Assembly: GCA_965225995.1 (NCBI GenBank)
Contig: CBDDCF010000028.1
Location: forward strand, 144,983-208,982
Length of the DNA: 64,000 nt
Direction: 5' to 3'
Source of the DNA: Acidobacteriota bacterium
Lineage (GTDB): Bacteria > Acidobacteriota > UBA6911 > RPQK01 > CBDDCF01
In this document: piece by piece, positions 35,345 through 44,984 of the stretch
Position numbering within the stretch: position 1 is the first letter of the stretch
Layout of the letters: each line of letters starts with the position of its first letter
Translations under genes and position numbers: made by a program
The notes under the pieces: model-generated
The model's input: the letters and a program-made list of their open reading frames with translations, nothing else
Database searches by the model: none
Told to the model about the DNA's origin: nothing

Positions 35345-37714
35345 CTAATTGTCGTCCGGGTCCAATTCTACGTGTCGTTGATCACTCATCTGCTCAGCGA
35401 CATCTTCGGGAAGATCGTTGAGATCCTTCTCGTTTTGTTTGGGCAGGATCACACGGGAGATGCCGGCTCGGCGAGCCGCCAGTACTTTCTCCTTGAGGCC
35501 CCCGATCGGAAGTACGAGACCAGTTAAGGTAACTTCACCCGTCATCGCGGTATCGCTGCATAGACGGCGATTCGCACACAGTGAAGCCAACGCCGCCGTC
35601 ATGGTGATTCCTGCTGAGGGTCCATCCTTGGGGATGGCACCGGCAGGAACATGAACGTGCACTCCCATGCGGGCAAATTTCTTGGCTTCATCTCCCAATC
35701 CGTTGGCCTGAGAGAGAACATATCCCCAAGCCGTCTTGGCCGATTCTTGCATGACATCTCCCAGCTGGCCGGTCAGAGTGAGCCCTTTCGAGGCCGGAAG
35801 AATCACGGCTTCAACGTACAGGACCTCGCCGCCGGTGGGAGTCCAGGCCAGGCCGGAAGCAACTCCGGGAGGGAGCTGGCGCCGGGCTTCTTCCCGAACG
35901 AAGCGCTCGGGACCCAGAAGTTCGGACAGATCGGGGGCATCGACCACCACGTCTTCGTTCTCTCCTTCGGCGATGCGAAGAGCTACCTTTCGAGCCACCT
36001 GACCGATAGTTCTCTCTAGTTGGCGCACGCCAGCTTCCCGCGTATAGCGAGAGATGATCAAGCGCAAAGCGTCGTCGGTGATGCGGCAGCGATCGTCGCC
36101 CAGTCCCGCTTCTTTCAGGCGACGGTCTAGTAGGTACCGGAGCGCAATCTCCATCTTCTCTTCATCGCTATAGCCCGAAAGCTGGAGCACCTCGAAACGG
36201 TCCAGCAAGGAACCTGGAACGGTATCGAGCGAATTTGCCGTAGTGATGAAGAAGACCTTGGATAGATCGAATGGCAGGTCTAGGTAATTGTCACGAAAAC
36301 CTTTGTTTTGTTCAGGATCCAGAATCTCGAGCAGAGCGAAAGCCGGATCCCCTCGAAAATCGCGTCCCAGCTTATCCACCTCATCGAGCATGAGCACCGG
36401 ATTATTCACTCCGGCTCGGCGAATGGCCTGGATGATACGCCCCGGCATGGCACCGATGTAGGTTCGGCGATGGCCCCGCAATTCGGCTTCATCGTGCAAT
36501 CCACCTAAACTCATGCGCTCGAACCCGCGCTTCAAGGCTCGTGCAATCGACTGGCCCAACGATGTCTTCCCCACTCCTGGAGGTCCGGAGAAGCAGAGGA
36601 TTGGGGCTTTGGCGTCCGGGTTCAACTTGAGCACTGCCAGGTGCTCGAGAATCCGCGTTTTGATCTTGGTCAGGTCGTAATGATCCTCGTCCAGGACGCG
36701 GCGCGCCCGGGCCATTTCCAGCACATCCTCGGAACCTTTTGTCCAGGGCAGCTCTAAGATCAGTTCCAGGTAGGTTCGGATTACATTGTTTTCCGGTGCT
36801 CCGGGGGGGAGTCGCTGCAAGCGGTTCAGTTCGCGTTCTGCCTCCTTCCTCACAACCTCAGGAAGGTCGATCTCTTGCAACTGCTCTCGCAGATTGTCGG
36901 ATTCCAAATCGTCGCCACCAGCATCTCCCAGCTCTTCTTTGATGGCGCGCAACTGCTGCCGAAGCATGTACTCCCGTTGCTCCTTCCCCATTTCGGTGCG
37001 GGCGGCATTAGCAATCTTCTCCCGCAGCTCGAGAACCTGCACTTCGTGAGTCAAGTAGCTGTGAACCAACCGCAAGGCTTCGAGGACGCTTTCTGCCTCC
37101 AGCAACTGCTGCTCTTTCCGCGAATCGAGATTCAGCATGGTCGACATCATGTAGGCGAGTCGAAGCGGCTCTTCAGAGGTGGCCACCAGATGAGTCGGAT
37201 CGATGTCCGAGTCCGGTTTGGCGAGACTAATCGCCTTTGTCAGGAGAGCAATTATCTCTCGTTTGAGAGCCTCGATTTCGGGACCCCGGCCCTCCGGAAA
37301 TGGCAGCGGATTGACTCTGGCCTGAGGATAGTCGCCAGTCCTGTCGAGCTTGACCAACGCGGCGCGATCCACCCCATGGACAATCAGATCCATCAGGTTA
37401 TTATCTCGTCGCGCCATCTTCTTGATTACTGCCCGGGTGCCAATTGGGTAGAGATCTCCCTGTTCGGGAGATTCCCTTTCCGGATTTCGCTGCGTGATCA
37501 CGAAGATTTCTTTACCTTCGCTCTCGAGGGCAGCTTCGACTGCTGCCAGAGAAGCCGGGCGACCCACCGCTACCGGCATCATGAGGTAAGGAAAGAGAAC
37601 ATCGTTCTTCAAGACCAGAACAGGCAGTGCAATGAGGGGACGGGAACTCTCCATGTTTGGTTTCCTTTTCGAAGCCGGTCGATCCGGTTGTGTCCAGAGC
37701 CAGCGTCCACTCAC
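35345..37714 (-). CDS. lon: ATP-dependent Lon protease. The last 12 residues are encoded by the left end of IS21 #2, and the true start is probably MESSRP near 37657
   Basis: LON N-terminal domain, AAA+ motif GPPGVGKTSLGQSIA, and the S16 catalytic PKDGPSAGITM. The ORF ends ...QMSDQRHVELDPDDN*, whereas the displaced native end ...QMSFVLVESVEEVLDAAFE* is encoded at 32776->32719. Confidence 0.9.
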   Translation of the reverse strand: MSGRWLWTQPDRPASKRKPNMESSRPLIALPVLVLKNDVLFPYLMMPVAVGRPASLAAVEAALESEGKEIFVITQRNPERESPEQGDLYPIGTRAVIKKMARRDNNLMDLIVHGVDRAALVKLDRTGDYPQARVNPLPFPEGRGPEIEALKREIIALLTKAISLAKPDSDIDPTHLVATSEEPLRLAYMMSTMLNLDSRKEQQLLEAESVLEALRLVHSYLTHEVQVLELREKIANAARTEMGKEQREYMLRQQLRAIKEELGDAGGDDLESDNLREQLQEIDLPEVVRKEAERELNRLQRLPPGAPENNVIRTYLELILELPWTKGSEDVLEMARARRVLDEDHYDLTKIKTRILEHLAVLKLNPDAKAPILCFSGPPGVGKTSLGQSIARALKRGFERMSLGGLHDEAELRGHRRTYIGAMPGRIIQAIRRAGVNNPVLMLDEVDKLGRDFRGDPAFALLEILDPEQNKGFRDNYLDLPFDLSKVFFITTANSLDTVPGSLLDRFEVLQLSGYSDEEKMEIALRYLLDRRLKEAGLGDDRCRITDDALRLIISRYTREAGVRQLERTIGQVARKVALRIAEGENEDVVVDAPDLSELLGPERFVREEARRQLPPGVASGLAWTPTGGEVLYVEAVILPASKGLTLTGQLGDVMQESAKTAWGYVLSQANGLGDEAKKFARMGVHVHVPAGAIPKDGPSAGITMTAALASLCANRRLCSDTAMTGEVTLTGLVLPIGGLKEKVLAARRAGISRVILPKQNEKDLNDLPEDVAEQMSDQRHVELDPDDN

Positions 37715-39078
37715 AGGTTACCATTCCTGTGACCGTAATCATCTCCAGCAATGGGACTCTCCCTGATAATAGTTCTGTGGCTACTGTCCTTGAACTCAAC
37801 CCCATCGAGCACCTGAACCTGTGGCTCGAGAGCCTGGTGGTCTACCACCGGGAGAGCGGGTTGTATCTGTCCTCCCGGCAAGCCTTGCCCGAGGACTATA
37901 ACTTCCGCGAGGACTTGCAGGGCACCTCGGTGCTGATCCAGGACATCATCCAGGCCATGCCGTCGGTCGTCGCAAGCAGCCTCCAGGAACTGCCCGGGTC
38001 GTTTTCTGACCTGGCTGACCGTTCCGACGCGGAGATTCGAAATCTGGTCCGAACTCACCCGGTGTTGAGGAAGGAGCTCTGCCAACTGCTGGAGTTCTGG
38101 GAATTCCTGATTCGCTACCAGGTCATCGGAAATTGCCTGAGCAAGAACGCCAGACTCACCCGATCTGAGTTCAAGGCCTTTACTTCTCTCCTGGCCCGGG
38201 AAATCAGCCGCTATTGCAGTTCCCCTTGTCACCAGACCCTGCTCGGCCGGTTCCACCGAAGCAAAATTCAATACACAATCCTTCGAGATATCCTGCTCGA
38301 GATTGACCTGGACGGCATCCGTGAAGAACTGGAACGACTATTCACCCAGTTTTTCTCACTGTTGGGGGGCGTTGGTTTCTTTCAGAGAGCCATGTCGAGC
38401 GGCTTTCAAGTCCACAAGTTTAATATCCTGCTGGTGTACAGTAATTACTGCTGCGACCGCTTGCTTCAATGTCTGGACCGGGCCTTCGAGTATCTCGACT
38501 ATTGTCAACCAGATCTGGCCCAAGGTTTAGCCCCCGTCAAGTTCGGGCTACGGGTCGAATTTCGCCGGATCTTCAAGAGAGAGCTAAGGCAGGTAGAGAC
38601 CGAGAGCCGGCTCGAGGAACGATTCTCTCAGATTGAGAACGCCATCGGCCTTCTTAAACAGACGGCAGAAGAAGCCTTCATCTCTCTGGTCCACCACTTC
38701 AATCCTGACTTCATTGCTGAGGATCTGTTTCTAGACATGCGGCAACGGGCCAGCGACTCGGCTCGACTGCGGAGCGATCTCAGGCTCATTTATAGAAAGA
38801 TTGTCGAGCTGACGACGGCCCCGCAAGATCCTGATAGTGCCGGGTTGGCCCAGATGCTGACAGAGTTTCGAACCGGCAGCATGCGGGCTCTCTTCTATAA
38901 GGATTGGCAGCCGTTCGAGAAATTCGGCCGGGATATGGAGACGACTGAACCGGCTGAGATTCCCTTCCTACTGCACCGTTTCGAGGTCTACGTCTCCACC
39001 CTGCTGGGAGAGGTTTCGAAGCGCTCGGTGCTCACCAAGGCCATCACTTATCCCAACACGGGAACCCTCGATCGGTGA
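37657..39078 (+). CDS. Hypothetical protein. The start is uncertain and likely lies downstream of 37714, since the ORF overlaps the divergent lon 5' end
   Basis: Long ORF with plausible composition and no recognisable motifs. A candidate start is MPSVVASS near 37957. Confidence 0.4.
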   Translation: MVSFSKPVDPVVSRASVHSQVTIPVTVIISSNGTLPDNSSVATVLELNPIEHLNLWLESLVVYHRESGLYLSSRQALPEDYNFREDLQGTSVLIQDIIQAMPSVVASSLQELPGSFSDLADRSDAEIRNLVRTHPVLRKELCQLLEFWEFLIRYQVIGNCLSKNARLTRSEFKAFTSLLAREISRYCSSPCHQTLLGRFHRSKIQYTILRDILLEIDLDGIREELERLFTQFFSLLGGVGFFQRAMSSGFQVHKFNILLVYSNYCCDRLLQCLDRAFEYLDYCQPDLAQGLAPVKFGLRVEFRRIFKRELRQVETESRLEERFSQIENAIGLLKQTAEEAFISLVHHFNPDFIAEDLFLDMRQRASDSARLRSDLRLIYRKIVELTTAPQDPDSAGLAQMLTEFRTGSMRALFYKDWQPFEKFGRDMETTEPAEIPFLLHRFEVYVSTLLGEVSKRSVLTKAITYPNTGTLDR

Positions 39079-39101
39079 TCCTTCTTGGCGAGCGGGGTGG
39101 C

Positions 39102-39236
39102 ATGCAAGCGCAGAGAGGCGAAGGGTCGGAAGCGCTGCGCTGACAAAACTATGCAACACATCCCTTTTCGGATCCCCACAAACAAAACCGCTCCGCGAAG
39201 ATCTCTGCGCCTCCCCGTCTCTGCGCTTGCATTCTC
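39102..39236. repeat. MITE/REP-like intergenic repeat, copy 3 (135 bp), between convergent genes
   Basis: TIRs gcatgcaagcgcagag (39102-39117) and gtctctgcgcttgcattctc (39217-39236). Core gaggcgaagggtcggaagcgctgcgctgacaaaac. Confidence 0.5.
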
Positions 39237-40035
39237 AGACCTGGAGCGAGAAGCCTCCGTCGACGGCCAGGACTTGCCCCGTGACATAGTTCTCGGGTTC
39301 CAGGAAGAGGCGAACTGCCCGGGCCACATCTTCAGCCCGGCCAAAGCGGGGGATGATCCCCTCTTCCACAAAGCGATCGTACTTTCCTGACTGAATCGAT
39401 GCCAGGGCCATCCCGGCTCGGTTGACTCCGGGAGCGACGACATTCACACGAATCCCACTCGGTCCCGCATTCTCTTTGGCCATAACTCGGGCCGCCTGAA
39501 TCAACGCATTCTTGGGTCCGGCATAGTTGATACTTCCGGGGAAGAGAGCCAGCGCCTGCATGGTCGAAAAGAGGACGATCGCACCGGGCATGGAATTCTC
39601 CTGGAACGACTTGACTGTATCGCGCGCAAGCAGGATCGGTCCAGTGTAGTTGAGTTCGAACGAAGCCGCCAGATCGGCGACCCTGGCATTCGCCCATTTT
39701 ACCCGGGCCGGGTCACCGACCAGACAGACCATCCCATACAGGGGATTTCCGCAGGTGGCGACCTCCTGAAAGAGCCGCTGCCTTCCCGATTCATCGGCGA
39801 TATCGGCGGCCACGGCCACCTCCTCCCCATGATAGGTATCTCGCAAATAGCCTGCCAGTGCTTCGGCTCGCTCCCGATTCTGATGGTCGCCGAGAATCAG
39901 CCGGGCACCCTCCCGCGCCAGGAGGTTGGCACAAGCCGCTCCCAGTCCCCCGCTCCCGCCCGCCAGTAGGATCAACCGACCGCGAAGCGTACCTCGAGGG
40001 AAATCGAACTCAAATGAACCTGCATCGTCAGCCAT
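39235..40035 (-). CDS. SDR-family oxidoreductase (short-chain dehydrogenase/reductase)
   Basis: Rossmann motif LAGGSGGLGAA and the classical SDR length (266 aa). Confidence 0.75.
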   Translation of the reverse strand: MADDAGSFEFDFPRGTLRGRLILLAGGSGGLGAACANLLAREGARLILGDHQNRERAEALAGYLRDTYHGEEVAVAADIADESGRQRLFQEVATCGNPLYGMVCLVGDPARVKWANARVADLAASFELNYTGPILLARDTVKSFQENSMPGAIVLFSTMQALALFPGSINYAGPKNALIQAARVMAKENAGPSGIRVNVVAPGVNRAGMALASIQSGKYDRFVEEGIIPRFGRAEDVARAVRLFLEPENYVTGQVLAVDGGFSLQV

Positions 40036-40038
40036 GGA

Positions 40039-40965
40039 TCAGTGCTCCTGCAGTTCCAGCCAGCGTTCACAATCAATAGCCGCCCGACAGCCGGCACCTG
40101 CCGCCGTAACCGCCTGGCGATAGACATGATCGTGCACATCTCCCGCTGCAAAGACTCCGTCCACCGAGGTTCGGGAGCCTTCGTGGACCTTCAGGTATCC
40201 GGTTTTGTTGGTTTCCAGCTGACCCGAAAAGATCGCGGTATTGGGCTGGTGTCCGATGGCAACGAAAACCCCATCTACAGGCACCACGGCTTCGCCACCG
40301 TCGACTGTGTTGCGGGTGCGAACCGCCTCGACCTTACCCTTCTCCGGATCGAGAACTTCAATGATCGTGGTATTCCAGAGGAACTCGATCTTGGGATTGG
40401 CGTGCGCCCTTTCGGCCATGATCTTGGAGGCTCTCAGCTCGTCCCGACGATGCACAACCGTTACCTTGCCGGCAAATTTCGTAAGAAAAAGAGCCTCTTC
40501 CATTGCGGTGTCGCCGCCTCCCACGATCATCACCTGCCGGCCACGAAAAAAGAAGCCATCGCAGGTCGCGCAAGTCGAAACCCCATGGCCGATGAGCCGG
40601 CGTTCGGAGTCGAGCCCGATGAGCTTGGCCGAAGCGCCGGCGGCTACGATGAGCGACTTGGCCTGGTACTCTCCAGCGTTGGTGCGAACACTGAAAGGAC
40701 GGCTTGAGACGTCGGCCGCTTGCACCGTCTCCATCAGGTATTCGGCACCGAACCGCTCGGCCTGCTGTTTCATCCGGAGCACCAGCTCGGGACCCTGGAT
40801 TCCTTCCGGAAAACCGGGATAGTTCTCAACATCTGTGGTCAGAGAAAGCTGGCCGCCGGGCTCGTGCCCCTCGAACACCAGAGGCTCCAAATTGGCACGG
40901 GCGCAGTAAATAGCAGAGGTCGAGCCAGCACAACCGGAGCCCAGGATGATCACGTTTCGCAGCAT
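40039..40965 (-). CDS. trxB: Thioredoxin-disulfide reductase
   Basis: FAD motif ILGSGCAGSTSAIY, redox-active CATCDG, and NADPH motif MIVGGGDTAMEEA. Confidence 0.9.
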   Translation of the reverse strand: MLRNVIILGSGCAGSTSAIYCARANLEPLVFEGHEPGGQLSLTTDVENYPGFPEGIQGPELVLRMKQQAERFGAEYLMETVQAADVSSRPFSVRTNAGEYQAKSLIVAAGASAKLIGLDSERRLIGHGVSTCATCDGFFFRGRQVMIVGGGDTAMEEALFLTKFAGKVTVVHRRDELRASKIMAERAHANPKIEFLWNTTIIEVLDPEKGKVEAVRTRNTVDGGEAVVPVDGVFVAIGHQPNTAIFSGQLETNKTGYLKVHEGSRTSVDGVFAAGDVHDHVYRQAVTAAGAGCRAAIDCERWLELQEH

Positions 40966-41139
40966 AGTCTTTTCCTCTCAACAGTTTGATCAGGAAAAAT
41001 CAGGATAGCACGTCCACCAGCTGGCCAGACCGGCTTGCGTCCGGCCTCAGTCGATGATAATCCTCTCTCTCGAACTTGAATGACTCCTGGGGAAATCGAC
41101 CGTGTCCGCAAGACTTAGACTCGAACAGGGAGGCTCGCT

Positions 41140-42264
41140 TTGATGCAGACAATCCGTGACTATCTGACGATTTTTGGAAACAATCCCCATCTTCAGGCAT
41201 TGCTGGTGATTGTGGGCTCTCTCGTACTGGCCAAGATAACGGACATCGTCGTAGGTCGGCTCCTTCTCTCACTCACCAGCCGCACAAAAACCGACCTGGA
41301 TGACGAGATCATAAAGCTGCTCCACCGGCCTCTCTTCTCAACGGTCGCTCTTCTCGGTCTGACAATTGCGTTGCAAATTGAGTTGACTGGGCAGTGGGAA
41401 GCCTTTGCTAAGCCCATCATGACCTGCCTGATCGTGCTGGTCTGGATGATCTTCGCGTTGCGTCTGAGCACATTGGTGCTGGGCCGCATGAGCCGCGACC
41501 AGGTTAGCTTCAGCCTGATTCAGCCAGCAACGCTTCCTCTCTTTGATATCGGCCTCAAGTTGGTCTTCATAGCGCTAGGCTCGTATTCCATCCTGCTGGC
41601 CTGGAACATCAATATCGGGGCCTGGCTGGCTTCGGCGGGCATCTTTGGACTGGCCATCGGCCTGGCTGCCCAGGAAACGCTATCCAACCTCTTCGCCGGC
41701 GTCTCGATCCTGGCGGATTCCCCCTACAAGATCGGCGACTACATCATTCTCGACAATGCGGAACGGGGAGAAGTCACCAAAATCGGTCTGCGCAGCTCTC
41801 GCATTCTGACCCGCGACAACATTGCGGTCACCGTACCGAACTCGGCTATCGCCAACAGCACGATTGTCAACGAAAGCGGCGGCCCTTCACTGCGAAGGCG
41901 TCTCAAGGTTCCGGTCGGAGTAGCCTACGGGACCGATGCCAAACGAATTGAGGAGATTCTGCTCCAAGTTGCTGCTCAGGAAAAGGGAGTTTGCTCAACC
42001 CCGGCCCCAAACGTCAGGTTCGTCACTTTCGGAGCCTCCTCACTCGACTTCGAGTTGCGCTGCTGGATTCCCGAACCTGCGTTGCGGGGCTCGATCCTGA
42101 GCAGCCTCAACCACGCTACGTATGAGGCGTTGAACCAGGCGGGTGTGGAGATCCCCTTCCCTCAACAGGACATTTACCTCAAGCAGGTGCCACCCTCTCT
42201 CCTGGAGGCGCTTCAGGCGCTGGGGGTAGGCCAATCCGACAAGACTCCGGGGAGTGAAAGTTAG
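41140..42264 (+). CDS. Mechanosensitive ion channel (MscS family)
   Basis: TM helices followed by the MscS beta-domain motif ...LFAGVSILADSPYKIGDYI... Confidence 0.8.
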   Translation: MMQTIRDYLTIFGNNPHLQALLVIVGSLVLAKITDIVVGRLLLSLTSRTKTDLDDEIIKLLHRPLFSTVALLGLTIALQIELTGQWEAFAKPIMTCLIVLVWMIFALRLSTLVLGRMSRDQVSFSLIQPATLPLFDIGLKLVFIALGSYSILLAWNINIGAWLASAGIFGLAIGLAAQETLSNLFAGVSILADSPYKIGDYIILDNAERGEVTKIGLRSSRILTRDNIAVTVPNSAIANSTIVNESGGPSLRRRLKVPVGVAYGTDAKRIEEILLQVAAQEKGVCSTPAPNVRFVTFGASSLDFELRCWIPEPALRGSILSSLNHATYEALNQAGVEIPFPQQDIYLKQVPPSLLEALQALGVGQSDKTPGSES

Positions 42265-43032
42265 ATGGAAGCCCTTTTCACAGCCGAGAATCTGGTAGCC
42301 CTTGCCACTTTGACAGTTCTCGAGATCGTTCTCGGGATCGACAATGTCATCTTTGTCTCTATACTGGCCAACAAACTTCCTTCGAGTCAGCGAGCCTCAG
42401 CCCGACAGTTGGGGATCGGCCTTGCGGTGGTCAGCAGGATCCTCCTCTTATTGATGATCAACTGGGTGGTAGGACTGACTCAACCTTTGTTTGCCATCCT
42501 GGAACACGGCTTTTCGGGTCGTGACTTGATCCTGCTGGTAGGAGGGCTCTTTCTGATAGGCAAGAGCACTTTTGAAATTCATGACAAACTCGAAGCTGCA
42601 GAGCACGGTCCTTCCGCGACTCAGGCCGCCGCTACCCTGGTCTCGGTGATCCTTCAGGTAATCGTGATCGACATGGTTTTCTCACTCGATTCTGTGATCA
42701 CAGCAGTCGGGATTTCGGGCAAATTGGTGGTTATGGTACCGGCCATTTTGGTTGCGGCGGGTGTCATGATGGCATTTGCCGGGGCGGTCTCACGCTTCGT
42801 TGAGCAGCACCCCACCATGAAAGTCCTGGCCTTGGCTTTTCTGATCCTGATCGGTGCCCTGCTCGTGATTGAGGGTTGGGACGCCGCAGTAGTCCACGAC
42901 CACCACTTGAAGAACTACGTCTACTTTGCCATGGCGTTCAGCTTCTTTCTCGAGCTGGTGAGTATGCGCTTGCGCCGGGGAGGTCAACCGGTCGAACTGC
43001 ACAACCGCCCGCACTTGGATAAGGCTGACTGA
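42265..43032 (+). CDS. TerC/Alx family integral membrane protein
   Basis: LEIVLGIDNVIFVSIL and LDSVITAVGIS motifs. Its start abuts the mscS stop. Confidence 0.75.
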   Translation: MEALFTAENLVALATLTVLEIVLGIDNVIFVSILANKLPSSQRASARQLGIGLAVVSRILLLLMINWVVGLTQPLFAILEHGFSGRDLILLVGGLFLIGKSTFEIHDKLEAAEHGPSATQAAATLVSVILQVIVIDMVFSLDSVITAVGISGKLVVMVPAILVAAGVMMAFAGAVSRFVEQHPTMKVLALAFLILIGALLVIEGWDAAVVHDHHLKNYVYFAMAFSFFLELVSMRLRRGGQPVELHNRPHLDKAD

Positions 43033-43907
43033 TGGAGGAAGAAACCGGGAACGAAACACCATTCCAGCCAGATGAGCGAGTCATTGTTGTGGATGACAAG
43101 GGTAGAACTCACCTGCTTCGCCTGCAGCCTGGCCTGGTAACGCACCAAGGCAGGGCTGGTTGGATCGCTCACGATCGGGTGATCGGTCGCCCACCCGGGT
43201 TGGTGATCATGAGTAGTACCGGCTTGCGCTACTTGGTCATGCGACCTTCATTGGACGACTACCTCTTGCGCATTCTGCGGCGCCACACTCAGATAGTGTA
43301 TCCCAAGGATTTGGGAACAATGTTAGTCGAGGGAAATCTCTTTCCTGGGGCACGTGTCTTGGAGTGCGGCATGGGGTCAGCTGCCTGTTCGCTGGGCTTC
43401 CTTCGGTTTCTCGGTGTGGAAGGTGAGCTAATCTCTTATGAGAGGAGAGAGGACTGCGCCCGGCTTGCCCAGAAGAACATAGATGAATTCCGCCGGGAGC
43501 ACGGTCGGTTATCGGCTTCTCACCGAGTCGAGATTCGGGACATTTACGAGACCGGAATAGACGAACGGGGGCTGGACCTGGTCCTGCTCGACCTCCCTGA
43601 GCCGCAGCGGGCAGTGGAAGCCGCCGCTCATGCGCTCAAGATCAATGGCGTCCTGCTCTGCTGGCTCCCCACGGTCTTGCAGGTCTTCGAGTTAGTTCGG
43701 GGGTTGCAAGAGTCGCCAGACTGGGCTCGCATCCGGACTACCGAAACCCTGGTCCGCTCCTGGCACGTAGCCGAGACATCGATTCGCCCCGCCCAGCGCA
43801 TGGTCGGTCATACCGGTTTCCTGATCAGCGCCCGCCACGTAGTTTCCGTCGATCTCGAAATGCCGGCCCAAGGTGGGAAGGCGAAAAGGGAAGATGCGTC
43901 AGGTTAG
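43032..43907 (+). CDS. trmI: tRNA (adenine58-N1)-methyltransferase TrmI/GCD14 family
   Basis: N-terminal beta-domain followed by a SAM-binding region (VLECGMGSAACSL, LLDLPEP...). Confidence 0.75.
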   Translation: MEEETGNETPFQPDERVIVVDDKGRTHLLRLQPGLVTHQGRAGWIAHDRVIGRPPGLVIMSSTGLRYLVMRPSLDDYLLRILRRHTQIVYPKDLGTMLVEGNLFPGARVLECGMGSAACSLGFLRFLGVEGELISYERREDCARLAQKNIDEFRREHGRLSASHRVEIRDIYETGIDERGLDLVLLDLPEPQRAVEAAAHALKINGVLLCWLPTVLQVFELVRGLQESPDWARIRTTETLVRSWHVAETSIRPAQRMVGHTGFLISARHVVSVDLEMPAQGGKAKREDASG

Positions 43908-43957
43908 TGGTGCCTCCGGCTGCGCCGGATCATTCAGGAAAAGCAACCTGGCGAAGC

Positions 43958-44020
43958 CCTTGGAGTGCGGAGTGCAGCTCCGCCGTGTGCACAAGGCGCC
44001 GATTCTCGGCGCACTCCAGG
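43958..44020. repeat. REP-like palindromic element (cttggagtgcg...gcgccgattctcggcgc...cgcactccagg). It is related to the sequence into which IS630 copy C is inserted
   Basis: Its ends are reverse complements (ttggagtgcg / cgcactccag), with an internal hairpin ggcgccgattctcggcgc (43995-44012). Similar blocks flank IS630 C at 60972-61006 and 62176-62245. Confidence 0.5.
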
Positions 44021-44039
44021 GCTCAATGAAACTGGAAGA

Positions 44040-44136
44040 GCTCCCTCGCTAACGCTTCGGGCTCCGTAGGAATGCCTCGAAGTTAATCAGGCGCTCGGCC
44101 AAGATCTTTCGGAGCCCGAAGCGTCAGCGAGGGAGC
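44040..44136. other. Long hairpin with a 27-bp stem (one mismatch) and a 43-nt loop
   Basis: gctccctcgctaacgcttcgggctccg (44040-44066) pairs with cggagcccgaagcgtcagcgagggagc (44110-44136). Confidence 0.5.
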
Positions 44137-44984
44137 GGTTCCCACGATCAAGTTTCATCTGAGTCCCAGCTCCGAAGTGTGCTCCGATCATTCAAGAAAG
44201 GAACTTGGGATCCCCACCTGATGCTGAAGACAGGGAGTAGAACGAATAGAATGTGGGAGCTGGCTCGGCCCGGCGAACTCCGGTACCGGCCGGAATCCGT
44301 TTCCTGACTGGATTGCAAGCCCGCTCTGGAGAGCGGGGGTTCGCCAGACGGAGCAGGCTCCTACGGTCCGTTGCTTATTCTGGAGAGTTGCCAGGTAGGA
44401 TCCCTGATGTCCGAAGGAAGAGAACTATGAAATCATCAATGGTTTACGCCACTTTATAAATTGAGCATATGGCATCAGGTTCATATTAGCGAGGGCGCCC
44501 GTCAGACCGACAACCCATGCCCTTGCCTTGCCCTTCCGAATCAGCCCAGGGCGAGCTGGACTTGGGAGAGAAAGCATTAGCAATTCGTCTCTCTGGAGCC
44601 AAGGGAGCCGGAATGACTGGTGCCAACGAGGCTGGCTTTCCCGCCCCCCTTCGCCAAGGCTTCGGAGGGTAGACGCTCGCACTGCCGCTTGGCGCTCTGA
44701 GAGCCGGCATTCCAACGCGATGGCCCGGTTATCGACTCCCTGTGAACTCGGGGCACGATTATCAGAGCTGCAAGCGGGAGCGCAGCGTTCGGCCGATCCA
44801 GGCTTTGCCCGATAGCAAGAAACCCCGCCACCGAACTTGACTCAATCGTCAACATGAATCCCAGACAAACTTTCCAAGCCCACCCCCCGGCCGGGTAGCC
44901 TGATCATTCGCCACCTTGCGTCGTTCGTCCACGCGAGCTATCTTGTGATCAAATTCAAAACTCGTTGTCTGGGAGCCGTCGAAC

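Larger units (their letters stand above)
32777..35384 (-). mobile_element. Divergent IS21-family element (#2, about 2608 bp) inserted in the 3' end of lon, with the 6-bp TSD ctcatc at 32771-32776 and 35385-35390
   Basis: Ends are TGTTCAACGACAAT (32777-, plus strand) and ...GTCGTTGATCA (to 35384), i.e. 5'-TG..CA-3' with matching inverted termini (tgttcaacgacaa / tgatcaacgacac). Removing the element plus one TSD copy restores an in-frame Lon C-terminus. Confidence 0.75.

Noticed and set aside
44200-44984. RNase P RNA, tmRNA or SRP RNA in the long intergenic region
   Set aside because: The hallmark motifs (GGAAAGUCCGG for RNase P; tRNA-like ends and tag ORF for tmRNA) were not found by eye, and the matter is unresolved without a covariance-model search.
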